Below, in pieces: positions 48,029 through 61,506 of a stretch of DNA of 64,000 nt. The stretch's first letter is position 1; every line of letters begins with the position of its first letter. The stretch spans positions 1,860,001 through 1,924,000 of the forward strand of contig AP026126.1 in NCBI GenBank assembly GCA_030295235.1, written 5' to 3'. The stretch comes from Fistulifera solaris (Eukaryota). The notes beneath the pieces were generated by a model, which had not been told where the DNA came from, searched no databases, and saw nothing but the letters and a program-made list of their open reading frames with translations. Both the position numbers and the translations under genes were made by a program.

Positions 48029-48899
48029 CATGAACACATCTATTAAGTGCGATAACTACTTCAACGAGGCTAACACTAAGAGGTTGAACGCGAAGAGGAA
48101 CGGTGGGTCTTCTTTCGTTAACAATGCTGACAACGAGATCCTCGCAATCGCTTCTCCAAAACGAAGAAACTTTGACCTAGATATCTCGCGGTCGAGTGAG
48201 CATACGTTTGACGAGCGCTGTCATAAAGCCCTTGTATACACCGTTTGCTGTAGTTTCAATGATGACGAGGACGATGACGATTTTTCCGTATCCACAAGCT
48301 GCAGTGTCTGCACAGAATTTCAACCAGAATCACCAGTAAAATTTGACAACCAAAAAGAAGTACGTTTTTCAGAGACAATGACAGTCCGGGAATTTTCAAT
48401 CACTGTTGGAGATCCTGCGCTCTCCGCTGATTCTTGTCCGTTGACGCTGGACTGGCTGTTTTCAGAAAAGAAAAAATGTTTAAACGAATCACCGCGAAGT
48501 AGTGCACTTCGAAGACTCAATGTTTATCAACGGCGAGAGAGAGTGGCACAAGTGCAGGGTATAACAATAAACGAAGTCAGATCGATCGAAATTGAGCGCG
48601 TGCTAGAGCGCATGGAGGATACAATGCATCTTCAAGAATCATATTTGGAAGAACTGATAGAAGTTGAGGACGAATCAGAGTCAGGGAATGAATGGATTGA
48701 AAAACGGACACTAAATATTGATGGGATACGTGAATACAGAGATGAGACCGACCAATCATCACGAGCCAGGATCTGGTCCGATCGCGATTGGTCTCGAGCT
48801 TTACCGGATGATAGTGAATCAGAAACATCCTCGCAATGGCTGATGAACGCATCACTAAGAGATTTGAATGTTGAGTGGAGCCAAGGCGAGGAATGGTGA
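48029..48899 (+). CDS. Hypothetical protein with VRF..VREF..TVGD..PLTLDW motif
   Basis: Long ORF; motif resembles an RVxF/CSRNP-N-like segment (tentative). Confidence 0.6.
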
Positions 48900-49325
48900 G
48901 CGAAGCCCACCGTATGGAAAAGAACAAAGCGTTATATGTTTTTTCGTTTCAGATAAAAGAATAACTACAAAATCCTGCACCTCTACCAGATGAATGCACG
49001 ATAACCTCTAGAAGCATGTTAAATTATTGCTACGTATGCTTGCTAAAGAGAAGAGGACTTAGCCAGATCATCTTAGTATAATACTTGAAGGGCTACTACA
49101 AGCAAAAAATAACAGGAACGGCTGGGGCTGGGTCAAGGGCCAATCAACGAAACCAATCATGTCTTGCAACCCAAGGAAAAGGACAGCCTTTTGCATGAAC
49201 TTGAATGTAACAATGAAATAGGGCCTATTGCTTTATCGCAACCTGGATGGGAACGATTTGGAGTGCACAATGTGTAAGATGTCATCACCTTCGACAAATG
49301 TGCTTTTCCATAAGCCCTTTTTCTT

Positions 49326-50086
49326 TTAATCAGAAAGCAAAATGCTCTCTACAGATAATCCGGACTCTGATTGTGTTAAACGCGGCGGCCTTGAATCTTG
49401 ATCAATAGGCTCTTGCTTTCCAATTTGTGATTGACGTCGGCACACCTCCAAGAGTAGAAACCCGTGCCAAAGGTATTCAGCGATATAGGCAGGGTACCAA
49501 AGTCTGAGATCATTAACGTTGTATACATCATGGCCAACATAGTGGAAAGAGAAAGATTGCTGGTTGTAGAAGGAGTGTAGGAGGGACCAGACTCGGGAGC
49601 ATCCATAGCTCGCAACAATTGATGAAACGGCAAACGGTCGAGACTCCATTTTTCGCCAGCACCATATCGTTAATAGCGGATGCGCTACTAAATCAAAGAA
49701 ATGGATAACAGCCCTGAAAAGCAGCGCACACCCGGTCTGAACAACGGTATCGTCATCCATGATCATCTCTCGCAAGACTTGCGGACTGTTTTTGTACAAC
49801 AAATGAAAAACGGTGCCGTACAAAATATGTTCGACCACGACAGATGAATACCAACCTAGGCAGACCCCGGTGCCCTGAATAGCAAGAAACTGACAAAGTC
49901 TATCATTTCGGGTGAAAAGAAGACGAGCACACCCCAGTTAAACCATAGTGTGTATCCACGGTTGAGAAACCACTCTGTCGGCATCGTTGGCAGGAGACAA
50001 ACGATTAACCATATGGGCACGCGCCAAGATGGTGGCCCACTAGATTCTGATTCAGACTTGATTTTCCTTGGTTTGTAGTGACACAT
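49326..50086 (-). CDS. Hypothetical membrane protein (frameshift near 49855)
   Basis: Two adjacent same-strand ORFs with hydrophobic segments. Confidence 0.55.
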
Positions 50087-51262
50087 TTGTTCTGCTCCTT
50101 TTCAAGAACAAGATTGAATGACGAATCTTGGTCATCGCGAGCAAGAATGAGGAATGCTTATTAGATTCTCACCATGGGTTTCTTTTTTGTTTTCTCAAAT
50201 CCACCACTATTTTTTGTCACACATTCCCTAAGTATCCTTCTTCGATTGTACGTTGTACTTGTTTTTGTTTCGTACATAGACTTTATTCTTTTCGTTCTAC
50301 AATATATCTGATACATTGCTAATGTTTATGATTATTTTATCCGTTGCAGCATATTAAAGAGTGATAAGAGCGTTTTCGGCTTCTGATGCGCAAGTTTTTG
50401 TCGACCATGGATTGGCTTATTAGAAAGAACGCTTCCGGAGTATCTATTGTACCCTTGTTCGTTTTGATGATTTAGGAAAGTAAAGCCGATTCGAGTAATG
50501 ACTCTAAACAGGGCAATGATGTTTGCCATTCGCTTCTTGGTCAGCACCGACGAACTTGTTGTGATTCAACCTCCAACCCGGCGGAGATCCCTCAAAAGCC
50601 CGTCTCGGCGGACAAGAATCTGGACTCCACCGGCAAAAACAACTCGTGCAATAGATGCAGGTGAGCTTCTTGTAACGAGTATCGGTTACTTAAGTCATCT
50701 CATTGCCATTTTTCTACAAAGTAACGGGAGACATCCAGGATAGCCCAATACTTTGGTTGCTCTACGTGACAATCCTGACCCGGACACGTGCGACGGTAAT
50801 AAGAAAAAATTCTCATTGTCGCCATTTCTTCCTTGTCGTCTCCTTACTATTTCCCGCATCACAGTTGTAACACTCAAGACCTTTACTGGTACGCATTGGC
50901 CGGGCGAATTGAGTATACTTTGTGTAGTCCCATGCGAAAAGACTACGACCAACGATCCGGTTGAGTGTCTTGAAGCACTCCGCCAGGAGGAGGAGGCAGA
51001 GACGTTGGTGGGGAGCGAACGACAGTGTATTTCTCCAGAAATTTGCCAACTGGCTTGCGCGTTTTTTTGCTTAGCTGGCTCGACACCCCAATATTGTGAT
51101 TCCTTATCCTTGCTGCATAACCCAGAGCACGCATTCTACTTGGTACAATATGAGCTATTAACATGCATACGGCAAACTTTTTCATCGCGAAAGAAACTTT
51201 GAATCTTCTCTGCCACTTTATCTTCACTGCTACCAACGCGTAAAGATACCGACCGTTTGCCC

Positions 51263-53055
51263 TCAGCCATCTAAAGGAGTAACAAACTCATCAAGCCACT
51301 CAAGCTGATCAATCGCTTGTTGCGCCCTAACACACCATCGCTCGATTACTTCAGGAGACTCGCAAGCTTGAAACCCTTGCTTCAACACACGTTGCAGCTC
51401 GTCAGTGATGCCTCTCCAAGCAGCCAAATCTTTCGGAGTACCGCTGTTGGCAAACTCCGAAAAAGCTTGGGCGGCTTCAACGTTCCCTTCGCAAATTTCA
51501 ACCATAATCTCATCAACAGTTTGACTTTTGTGCGGCGTCAATCCAAGATTGAATAATTTCTGCGCCGATTGCATCACCAGTCGCTGTCATCAATGTTTGT
51601 ACTAAGCATTCCGCGTTGCAATTCGCGAGCTCACGCCAGTTATGGATACCAGCTTCCAACAAACACGTTGCGTAATGATCCGCTTCGCAAGCGGTGTTCT
51701 CATTCTCGCTTACACACTCTTTCAGTTCGTCTAGGTCCGGGTCCGATGGTGTCACCACAACGTACGGGGCACTGTCTATACGAGCCGCCACAGCATTTGC
51801 AAAACGAGTACTGCGCGACTGGCGTTCGAACGCTTGCAGATTGTCCATCGCTTGTTCAACAGACTCTATGGCTTCAGCAGCTGCTTGCCAATCGTCAGTA
51901 CTTGCATCTCCAGACTGCTTTTGTCGAAGATTTTCGATGGCTTTTGCGCTCAAGTGCTCTTTCCTCCGTCGAAGAAAAGACCAATCCAAATCTGGTTGCA
52001 AAACCTGGAGTGCCTGTCCAAGATCAATTTGCTTAGTCTCAAGAGATGAACAGTAATGGTGCGCGACGGACCAGAAGACGCGAGGCGAGAGTATTGCTAT
52101 GTTTTGCGGTCGCAAAGCCTCTGGATTGGCGCGGTGAATTGCCGCCACAAGAGACTGCAATACCTCTTCCGAAATTTCATCAACTTGTTCTTCAAAATCT
52201 CCTCTTCCTTGAACACCTTTAGAGAAGGTGACTCTCAACCTGTCATTCTCTAGCAACGTATTCCATTTTCCGCTTGTCAAAGCAGCGATTCGTGACATGG
52301 CCTTGTTTTTGTTCGAAAGCGTCATTGACAGCCTGACGCCATCTTGAACGCATAAGAAGCGCTCCCTTGCTGTTATTACTCGAATTCAGCGCGTCAAGCA
52401 AGCCAGCAGCAGGGTCATCCGTGTTGAACTGCTGTTTGATACTTCGTCGTGGGTGCTTGGCATTTAACACAACACCGTCCTCTAATCTCCGTCCAGTTGT
52501 AGACGCCGCAGCAAAGTGCGGATTGCGACGTGGAGTCGAATTAGTTTTAGCTTTATTTTGATTCATTTTTCGTGCATTGTTGGTACTGGCTTTAGGACGT
52601 TTCGTCGAAATCTGCTCTCGTTCGTCGATCAGTCGGTTCATTTCGGAAAACGAGGCAGACGCCACTTGGGCCGCGGCACGTTTAGACCCTTCACGGCGCA
52701 TCGGCGAGGCAATGTCGCTTTCATCTGCATCTGAAAAAACGGCCTCTTCGCATTCATCATCTAATCCCTTGTGTTTCTCCGCTTTTGGCTTTTCTTTCGA
52801 CTTGGAGCTCGACTTATTATTTGCTTCTTTCGGTACGACCAAAATTCTATCTTGCGATTGTAATCCGGCTTCCAGGAGAGTTGTTTTATCACAACAAGGC
52901 AATTCTTTTCGAGGCAAAGCCCTCACTAATTGAATAGAAGGGTTTCCCGAATGCTCATATAGTTCGGCCAAGGTTGCCGACGATTGAATCTGAATTTCCT
53001 TCCGCTTGGGACCTTCCGTGAGCAAGAGCTTCCACATCTTGCTTGAATCCGCCAT
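51263..53055 (-). CDS. Hypothetical protein with N-terminal ubiquitin/UBX-like domain; two frameshifts
   Basis: SSATLAELY...PRKEL...TTLLEAGLQSQDRILV; three overlapping minus-strand ORFs. Confidence 0.6.
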
Positions 53056-53666
53056 AGTATCAGCTCATAGATTGCTGTATAAGTGCGAATAATAATGAAA
53101 CACAATAACGAACCAAAGCGGGATTTTTGATGACAACAGTATTACAATAAAACTGAGTAAAACGAAAAATTGAACCTTTGCAGTAGTCACGAAAACAAAG
53201 GCCCCTCAGTCATGAGAAAAACGTCATGCCGTATGGTATCGTAAAAGATGCACTTCCTGTAGAGTATTGCTATAGGCTGATGTGCGTAATAAGGTAATTA
53301 GTAATTAGTCAACAATTCACTGAAGAAGTTGTCATTCTTAAGTTTCATTATGGTGTCGGGGAAATTACGATCGATACTCGTTGCTCTGTCTCAATGATCG
53401 TCTGCATTTTGTGTGTTCCGGACACTTTAGTTTCGTCGAACGAAAGCTCCTACAAGAGTCTTCCATGTAACGCACAGTAGACTAATCAAGACAGCGACCA
53501 TAAGGTAATGAGAGTATATATTCTGGAAGTCTCCTCGGGTGTGAGTATGTCGATCATGAATATCTGGCTAAATTCTTTTACAAAGTCATCAATAGTAGTT
53601 GAAAAGCTAATATTATTAACAAACAGTTGGTTAGTTAAAACTGAGAACTTGGTTGCCGAACTTGAC

Positions 53667-54353
53667 TCAGAGGGATTGATCCTCTGAAGATTGGGGATTA
53701 GCGAAACGAGGACGCTTCGGCGAAGGTATGGACCACGAGACATTTCGTTTCTGACTCGTCCGACGCAGCGAGTAAAGTTGTTTTTGAAGCTGAATCATGT
53801 GTCGCTTCAGTAGTCTGTTCTCTTCCGCCAAGGCCTCATTTTCCTGTCGGGCCAAGTGTAGATCGCGTCGGGAGTACAAGTAAAGAGTTTCGAAATCATT
53901 GTCCTCTTCCGAGTTGGATGCGATGGTTTCGGGGATCGGAATACGGATTTCGGCTACCGGCGGTGGTACGGCTTTGGCTTCAGCTGAGGGAGACACTAGC
54001 TGCTCTCGAGGTGACACCACTTTTGCTGGCTCTGCAGGCAGCGTTGTGTTGAGGGGAGAAGAGGGAAGAGGAACTGCGTTGTGATTATCATGCGACAATC
54101 CTTGTAGATGATGGGCAGTCAGCATCCAATCTTTCAAAATCGTTCCTTGGCAGGTCTGATTTTGCCGAAACTGATTCACATCAGCCGTTGAGTCGTCGAA
54201 TACAGCCGGGGCGGCATTAGAATGCACAGAGGGAGTCATTTCTACGCTCAATGAGCACCGTCGAAATATTTGTTTGTTGGGCATATTTTCGTGTTGTAAA
54301 AGAGATTTGTGCAATGAGAGTTCAGCGATGAAGGAAAAGATTGCTCGCAGCAA
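53667..54353 (-). CDS. Hypothetical protein with short coiled coil (probable start 54284)
   Basis: LARQENEALAEENRLLKRHMIQLQKQL heptads; basic PKRPR tail. Confidence 0.6.
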   Translation of the reverse strand: MLRAIFSFIAELSLHKSLLQHENMPNKQIFRRCSLSVEMTPSVHSNAAPAVFDDSTADVNQFRQNQTCQGTILKDWMLTAHHLQGLSHDNHNAVPLPSSPLNTTLPAEPAKVVSPREQLVSPSAEAKAVPPPVAEIRIPIPETIASNSEEDNDFETLYLYSRRDLHLARQENEALAEENRLLKRHMIQLQKQLYSLRRTSQKRNVSWSIPSPKRPRFANPQSSEDQSL

Positions 54354-55004
54354 CGAACAGAGCAGATGGCAATGATAGATTTAATTCTTTTTATTTTGAG
54401 CGGCAACTTTTCCCTCTTCTTTTTATTTGGACATTCCTCACGATTTCAAAACCACAATCGGTGTATCCCGCCACAATTTTCGAGGCGCGAAAGAGCGGAA
54501 ACGACTAAACGGATACTTTTTCATAGACGATTGGCCGCGGCAGAGCGGAAAAAAGACCCTTGAAAAATTGCCTCCGACGAGTTCTGTGAACTTCTACAAT
54601 AACAAATTTTGAACTTACCGCTCCCTGACCAAATGCCTGCTCTATCTTTCATAGTGAAATAAACTGAATTTGATGTCTCATACAAAAGTGTACGTTTGAA
54701 AAAATATTCAGTGTCAGATATTGGAAATGGGAAACGTGGGAACGGAGGAAAATGGGGTGGCGGGGCGATAGTCGAAAGTCCTGTTGAGATAATTCTATCG
54801 CGCGACGCTCCTCTTTCTTACACTTTGCATGACAGCGTTGAAATTTTGGTTTGCTCTTTGCGATCTTTTTCAGTAGCAACGGGTCCCGCACACCCATGAC
54901 TCCCATAAAGGACATGAGCAAGCGACGACCCATGAGGGCGAGCGGGACGCGGACGAGAAGATGATGCTATCACCAAACCAAACAACAACCAAAAAAAGAC
55001 AAGA

Positions 55005-56676
55005 ATGTCATCCGCAGTGCAAAGGACGATGTTTGTAGATCTGATACTTCGTACTTCCTACTCAAATATCTTTTCTCGTTCTCGACAACTACTGAAACGT
55101 CAGTGCCCAGCTTTAGCGGAATTACGGAAGGTTGCTCGTGTAAGCAGCGCGACGCGACGCTTCACATCCAACAACAATGACAGTCAATTAAAAACGTTTG
55201 CGCTGCCATTCAGTATATCTCCGGAACAAGGAGTTGAAAAATTTCGGAAATGGGCTATAGAAGAGCAGGGCCTCAACTATCTCGTCAACTGGAATGCTTT
55301 GCGTGTCGGGGCTGCATATTGCCCAGTGTGGTCCTTTGATTTGAACATTCGATTTGTAAGGAAAGATGGCAACAAAGCGTGGAAGCCGGAAATGTTTACT
55401 ATATATGGCGATGCTCCGGTAATTTTCATCCCGGGTCTATCATCATACGCTGGTTATAATTATCGAAGATCTTTGGTTCATCCGGTTCACAGTACAACAC
55501 TTGTGTTTCGGAGTAACGATCTGGTGCCTTTTGGTGGATGGATGTTAAAAGATATGAAGCTTAGTAACGGTTACGCTCTCTCCATCACACCGGATCCTTG
55601 GAACTCACCCAAAGGAAGGGCACTGGCCTTATTAAAAAACGAACTTCAAATTATGGCCCAAAGCGAAGCTCAAGATGTAGAAGTGCAAGTTCAGGTTGTT
55701 TCGTCGAAGCGTGTTTACATGCCAATGTACTTTATTGACTACAAAGTTTGGGTCGGAACAGAATACAGGGCATTTGTTTCTGGTTGCGATTCTGGTGCGC
55801 ATGTCTCCGGTGTATCACATCAAGTATGGAATGTGTCGCAAGACGAATGGCAAAAAGCTAGCAGCACCATGATATCCGGTGCCTTTTCGGCCACAAAAAC
55901 AGGACTACAACTTGCTTTACGAAATCGACAAATTGCTACCGCTTTTATCATTGCTTTGCAATATGTTGGAATGTTTCTGGCCCGGGTATTGGTGCGTATT
56001 CCGGTAATCGGTATAGCTGCTGGACTATTCGTTGGATTTCGAAAGATCGTACAGCCGTGGTATAATAATCAAATGGCAATGGCGGCTTGGGAGCGACAGC
56101 GTGAGCTTGATGCGTCAGAGAAAGTGACTAAAGGCAACGATTTCGAGGATCTGAGCGGTGCAGCCGAAAAATTCTTTGCTCGAAATCAAGCACGCATTTT
56201 GCGGCATTTAAGTGGGGATAGTGAAGGTCACCAGCGCGGTACATACAACTGGTATACCGAATGGGAACAGTGGGCACGTCAGCAGTGGGAGCAGCAACAA
56301 CGACAGCAGCAGCAGTATGGCTATGGCCAGCAACAATCCCAGCAGCAACAAGGAAGCCAATATCGGCAAGCGAAAAAGCAAGAGTATCAATGGGACTTTG
56401 ACCCGAACGACCCGTAAGTACTATTGTGAATCATTGATTAAGGTAGCGTAGATTGAGAAGGGTGGCTGAATTTGTTTTGCTTTTATAAGTTATTCGGTAT
56501 TGGGAGTGCACCGGGGAGCGACAAGCAGTGAAATTTCTGCTGCTTTTCGAAAACAAATGATGATCTACCACCCGGATATGCAGACGGGGGCTTCTGAGGG
56601 AGAAAGACAACGAGCAACAGAGCGGTCGAAGCTTATCACAGAAGCATACCGAAAGTTGAAATCAGGAGCAAGTTAG
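55005..56676 (+). CDS. Protein with C-terminal DnaJ (J) domain (intron 56414-56489)
   Basis: Splice gives DPYSVLGV...AFRKQMMIYHPD...ITEAYRKL; Q-rich linker; mitochondrial-type basic N-terminus. Confidence 0.85.
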
Positions 56677-56697
56677 ACTACTTTCGTGTTAACACGC

Positions 56698-57756
56698 TTA
56701 TCGCTTTTTCCTTTTCGCCATGACGATCTCTAGATAACCGCTTTTACGCCTTCGCTTTTTCACCTGACTTTGAGTTGGCGGTGTTCTCAGTCTGGTGCCC
56801 ACGGGACTGACCAATAACGAGCCCCCTCCGATAGACGACTCGTCACGAGAGTCAATCTCATCTACGGAAGTACTTGTACTTTTTTGTGCTTTAGCCTGCT
56901 TTTGAAGAGACGGCGATTTCGATCTAGGTTTTCTCGAACTCATTGGTGCCGAGTCACTCTCGCTAGAATCCTCACCTGATCTATTGATCGCTTGATCGAC
57001 GTGGGTAGAAGCAAGTGTTTGTCGGAGAAGCTTCAAGGCGTCCAAACAATTTCCTTTGCACACAAGCAACAGTGCCTCTAAATTCCGTGGCTGGATAATC
57101 GTGGATGGGGGCGTCGAGGCTGGCAGGCGAAGTGTGTCTTCACCGCGTTTCCATTGCCAATCCCAGTATACCGTGAGAAACTCGGCTAATTGAACACGCA
57201 CTCGAAATTCTCTCTGTTCAAATGGAAAGTCATTTTCCGCCAAAAATTGTGCCCGCTTCTTGTCAAATTGTAAGTAGCTAGATATTCCTTCAATCCAGAA
57301 TGGTAAATTGTCATCATGAACACGTTGACCCATCCAAGCATCTTCTTCGCGATCGAGAGAACACTTTACGTTGATAGTATTTACATCATCAGCGCGTTGT
57401 ATTTGAACCTGAATGGTACCCTTGACAAAATTATTCGCCATAAAGTACCCTTTTAGAATGTGAACGTCTCTACTTTGACGTATGGTGTTTGTAAAACAGA
57501 AACCTCGTATGGCGCATTGAATTTTGTGAGGAGCGTCCGTTGTCAAGGACTGCAAAAGCGAGGAGCTGATGTCAATAATGGGATTGGATTTTAATAGCGC
57601 GTCAAGAGAATCGTCGCTGAAATCGGACTCTAGAGGTTGGCTTTTCAAAAGAGCTTGTAGCTCTTGCAGTTCATGTTCATATTCTTGAATCAAACGCTCT
57701 TCGCAAGCGATTTGCTGTGAAAGACTGTTTTGAGAGTTGGATCCGTCATCCTTCAT
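56698..57756 (-). CDS. Hypothetical protein (N-terminal coiled coil, basic NLS-like C-terminus)
   Basis: 352-aa ORF; KKRRRK and KRKKR clusters. Confidence 0.6.
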   Translation of the reverse strand: MKDDGSNSQNSLSQQIACEERLIQEYEHELQELQALLKSQPLESDFSDDSLDALLKSNPIIDISSSLLQSLTTDAPHKIQCAIRGFCFTNTIRQSRDVHILKGYFMANNFVKGTIQVQIQRADDVNTINVKCSLDREEDAWMGQRVHDDNLPFWIEGISSYLQFDKKRAQFLAENDFPFEQREFRVRVQLAEFLTVYWDWQWKRGEDTLRLPASTPPSTIIQPRNLEALLLVCKGNCLDALKLLRQTLASTHVDQAINRSGEDSSESDSAPMSSRKPRSKSPSLQKQAKAQKSTSTSVDEIDSRDESSIGGGSLLVSPVGTRLRTPPTQSQVKKRRRKSGYLEIVMAKRKKR

Positions 57757-58343
57757 TTCGCTTTTGCGTTGGTGTCACAAACTAAGATTGCTCGTCGTTA
57801 GACTGCCGATTGTGTTCACTAATCGAAGATCGAAGGGAATGAAACCAATACTCCACGACTTGCGATTTAATACTTTGTATGGCATCAATTAAAGGTTGTC
57901 GTCGCGCATCGCTGCCCCAAGGCGTGGGCGAAAATACCGGGACTGGAATCCAGTTGAGTCACCGAAACGGACTATGCAATGTACAGTGCGGAGTACTGGT
58001 ACGGAGTAAAAGAACCAACTACAGAGGTTAATCATTTGCTATGCGTCATAGCCTTTGATAAACTGCTTGACTATTCTCGTGTAGCCTGGATTAATGGCAA
58101 TTTGGTATCTCTTCATCGAAAACTAAGTCTGAGTCGCCACGTTGAAGTCATCAAAAGAGGATTTCTGTGAACAAGTTAGACTAGCGAGACGAAAGATTTG
58201 CCCTTAGACCAAGCAACGAGGGTACCGTCACTATGGAATACGTATTAAAGCAACCTACATATACCCATAAGCATTGTTGGATTGTTTTGCGCAACTAAGT
58301 AGGCAATATAATTAAAGGCACAGAGAAAAATAGTGATCTAAAC

Positions 58344-58831
58344 TTATTTTCGTCCCTTTCCCTTGATAGGTGTCTTTGTTGGGGCTGGAGTAGCGTCCTG
58401 TGCCAACCACGCGATACCCGCACCAACTCCCCACAATCCCAAGGCTCCAGCAGCAATTTTAGTCAAGTCTTCTTTTCAAGACTCTTACATTTAGCAACGA
58501 AAGCCTTTCCCTTGGCAAGGCAGACGTCAAGTCCAGCTTCCAATTTCGCTTTCATTGCCTCCAACGGGCTGTTGCCTGGTGTTTCTGAAACAACAGCTTC
58601 TACAACAGGCTCCGGTTCCGGCTCTGGTTCGGGCTCCGGTTCCGGTTCAGGCTCTGGTTCCGGTTCTGCTTCCACGACAGGCACAATCTCTTCCTGAACC
58701 GCCTCCTTGACTTCTTCGTACTGCACAGCATCCTCTGATGCAACCTCTTCGGCATTCACAGTGACCATCAGCGTTGCCGAAAGCAGTACTAGAAGGAGCA
58801 TCCATCGGAAAATTGACCGTCTCGAAAGCAT
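58344..58831 (-). CDS. Small single-pass membrane protein with signal peptide and (PE)n spacer; frameshift near 58465
   Basis: Signal peptide, run of about 10 PE dipeptides, then continuation KIAAGALGLWGVGAGIAWLAQ. Confidence 0.65.
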
Positions 58832-59705
58832 GATTTTTATCGTTCTGTTCGCCCGTAAAGAATATTTCCTGTGATGACAAGATTTTTAAGTCAGTGTAAT
58901 TACTACAAATTTATAACGGAAGAAGGAGAAAACATACTGACGGGCTTCTGCGGCAGTCATTCTCGGGCAGTATCAGTCTAGCGAGGTCGATTTCGTTGGC
59001 TTCTCTAAGATGCATCGGCAAATCGCACTGCTTTCGCGCACTGACATTGCAGATTCAGTCAAAATGGATACCCATGCTCTTACTCACCTGGACTCTCAAG
59101 TGTTTGAAAGATCTGCACTCCTTTCAAGCGTTGGTTTGCGTTGCGGATGATCCGAAGTGCTCGCTTTTACGTCTCCCTCCGAGTTATTTTTTCTCGCCGA
59201 GGCAAACATTGGAGGCTTTGCACACTCTGGAACAGTGTACACAACCTCCACGTGTGGTCATCGCGATCGGCGGACGTAAAAGTCGCAGTGCCGTATCCAA
59301 TGGATTGACACCGGTTCAACAATCGACGGACGCATGTCATACGCCTTTGTCCGACGTTTGACGTTTCAGACACGCAGTCACGACCTGCTCACTTTCCGAG
59401 TTCCGAGTTCCGAGATCTCGACGTCTGTCCTGTGCTTCCACTATGAACGGAGAGCGGAGAGACGTGCGCGTTTTAAACCACTGCGATACGTGAAATAGCA
59501 AGACGCCAGCCAGCCTGTACTGTACCAGGGTACCGTGGACCGTCGACGCAAAACAACGCGAAATAGAGGCCGCTGACCATAAAAAATACGGAGTACGGAG
59601 TAAATACAAGTAGCAGCCCATTCGCTATCATAGAGCCTCCAAACGTTTTAGTTCCTTTGATACCTCACTTTCCCTTTTTAGAACTTGCCTTTGAATCATC
59701 TCAAG

Positions 59706-60277
59706 ATGTCCGCCGAAGAGGTTGCCAACGCGTTCGTAAGCCACTACTATAATACTTTTGATAGCAACCCTGACCAGCTGATGGGCCTCTTTGTGCGTGA
59801 TCCCATTCTAAAAGTGTATAGTTATTTGTGTGTCGCTCAGAACGTCTTACACTTTTCTTTTTTCTTTCTTTTCGTCCTTTGAAAATACCGTGCACCTCTC
59901 CCGTTTTGGCCTTTTCACTGTATCATGACGCGCAAACTCAAACAAAATTCACCAATGACGGACTTTCTCATCCTATTTCAAAACAATGAACCTCTTAGCA
60001 ACCCAACAGCATGATGACCTTCGAAGGTCAGCAATTCCAGGGTCCGCAAAACATTGTGGGCAAATTGCGACAGATTGGCCAAGTAAAACACGATGTAAAG
60101 TCTACCGACGTGCAACCCAGTAATACGGAGAGTGCGATCCTCATCTTTGTCACTGGTTCCATTCGTATCGGCGGCGACAATCCTTTGCATTATTGTGAAA
60201 CCTTCCAATTGGTTTCGACCTCTCCTGGAAATTTTTACGTACACAATTCGATCTTTCGTCTGAACTACGGTCTCTAG
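59706..60277 (+). CDS. NTF2: Nuclear transport factor 2 (intron 59793-59998)
   Basis: MSAEEVANAFVSHYYNTFD, then SMMTFEGQQFQG...DVQP...IFVTG...NSIFRLNYG. Confidence 0.93.
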
Positions 60278-60470
60278 ACATGACTTGTCAAACAGAATAG
60301 TGAATGAATTGTGAAACAATGCAAATGCCTATTGCCACAAAAATTTTATCACAATATTCATCCATTCATCAACCTAAAATTTAGAAGCAACATCGCTTAT
60401 TGATTTCTTTGGTAATGATTATCATAATTAGAGTGCCCTGCTTGAGATTCAGAAACACACGTTACACAGT

Positions 60471-61506
60471 CTACTTTTTCTTGTTGGGTCGGTACTCGGC
60501 GATCACCACTGCGTGATCACGTTCGTAAGGCTCCAGCGTGAGCTGTTCCAGAGGCTTGAAGTTTTCAGCTTGTAGTTTTTGCACTTCACGTGCAAACACG
60601 GCTTCGGGAGACGCTGTAGAATCAATGCATGAAGCCTTAACCGCAATGACTGCGTGACCTCCATTCTTCAAAAAATAATGACTGTTCAAGGCCACAATAC
60701 GGGCTTGATCAGGCTGGGCTACATCGGCAAAGACCGTGTCTACCATACCGATCAGCATTCGATATTTCAAAGGATGCCGAGCGTCCTCGATAATTGGAAT
60801 AACGTTCGTGCGCTGTTTGGCCATACTCAACAAGTCACGACCCGGCCGATGACTGAATTCTACTGCGTAAACTGCACCTTGTGGTCCGACGATATCGGAT
60901 ACGTGCGATACACTGGTACCCGCGGCAGCTCCAATGTAGAGCACTTTTGATCCAGGGGCGATCCAAATGTTATCAACACCTCCGAGCACAGCGGCAGCCA
61001 CTGTTCCGATCGAGGATCAAATTTTTTAGATGCCAAGTACACATTCATGTAGCTCATAATATTTCACGATAGCACTTACACTTCGAACGGAAAGGATTCC
61101 ATACACGGTATTCGACCTTCTGGGCGACAGTCTCCCCATCTTTCGGAGGAACTTCGACACTGATTCTCTTTTCACCATAGACAGCAATTCCTGGTGTTGA
61201 GTTCAATGTAACAAGTGCGTCTTCTTTTCCGCGGGCTACAAAGACACCTTCGTGACGGTGTGGCTCGACAATAACCTTGGCTCCGCCTTTCATTCCGCCT
61301 CGGCCCCCACCTCGTCCGCCTCCTCGACCTCCTCTTCCCCCACCGCGACCCGGAGGTCCTCTTCCTCCACGGCCTCCGCGACCTCCACGACCGCCATCTC
61401 CACGGCCCCCGGGACTTCCTCTACCGCGGCCACCACCAGGGCTTCCTCTACCGCGGCCTCCACCTCCACCTCGACCTCCTCCGAATCCTCTTCCTCGGCC
61501 GCTCAT
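60471..61506 (-). CDS. FBL: Fibrillarin, rRNA 2'-O-methyltransferase (one intron about 61002-61079)
   Basis: GAR/RGG N-terminus, [34 protein letters not shown] and [10 protein letters not shown]. Confidence 0.97.

Noticed and set aside
50498..51202. Possible small gene on the plus strand
   Set aside because: No recognisable motif, no clear ATG or splice model, and competing ORFs on both strands.
6278..58831. Programmed ribosomal frameshifting or mass pseudogenisation
   Set aside because: Indels hit unrelated conserved genes at homopolymers with no shared slippery or pseudoknot signal; assembly error is simpler.
59793..59998. Intronic snoRNA in the long NTF2 intron
   Set aside because: No convincing C/D or H/ACA box arrangement seen by eye; an Infernal/Rfam scan would be needed.
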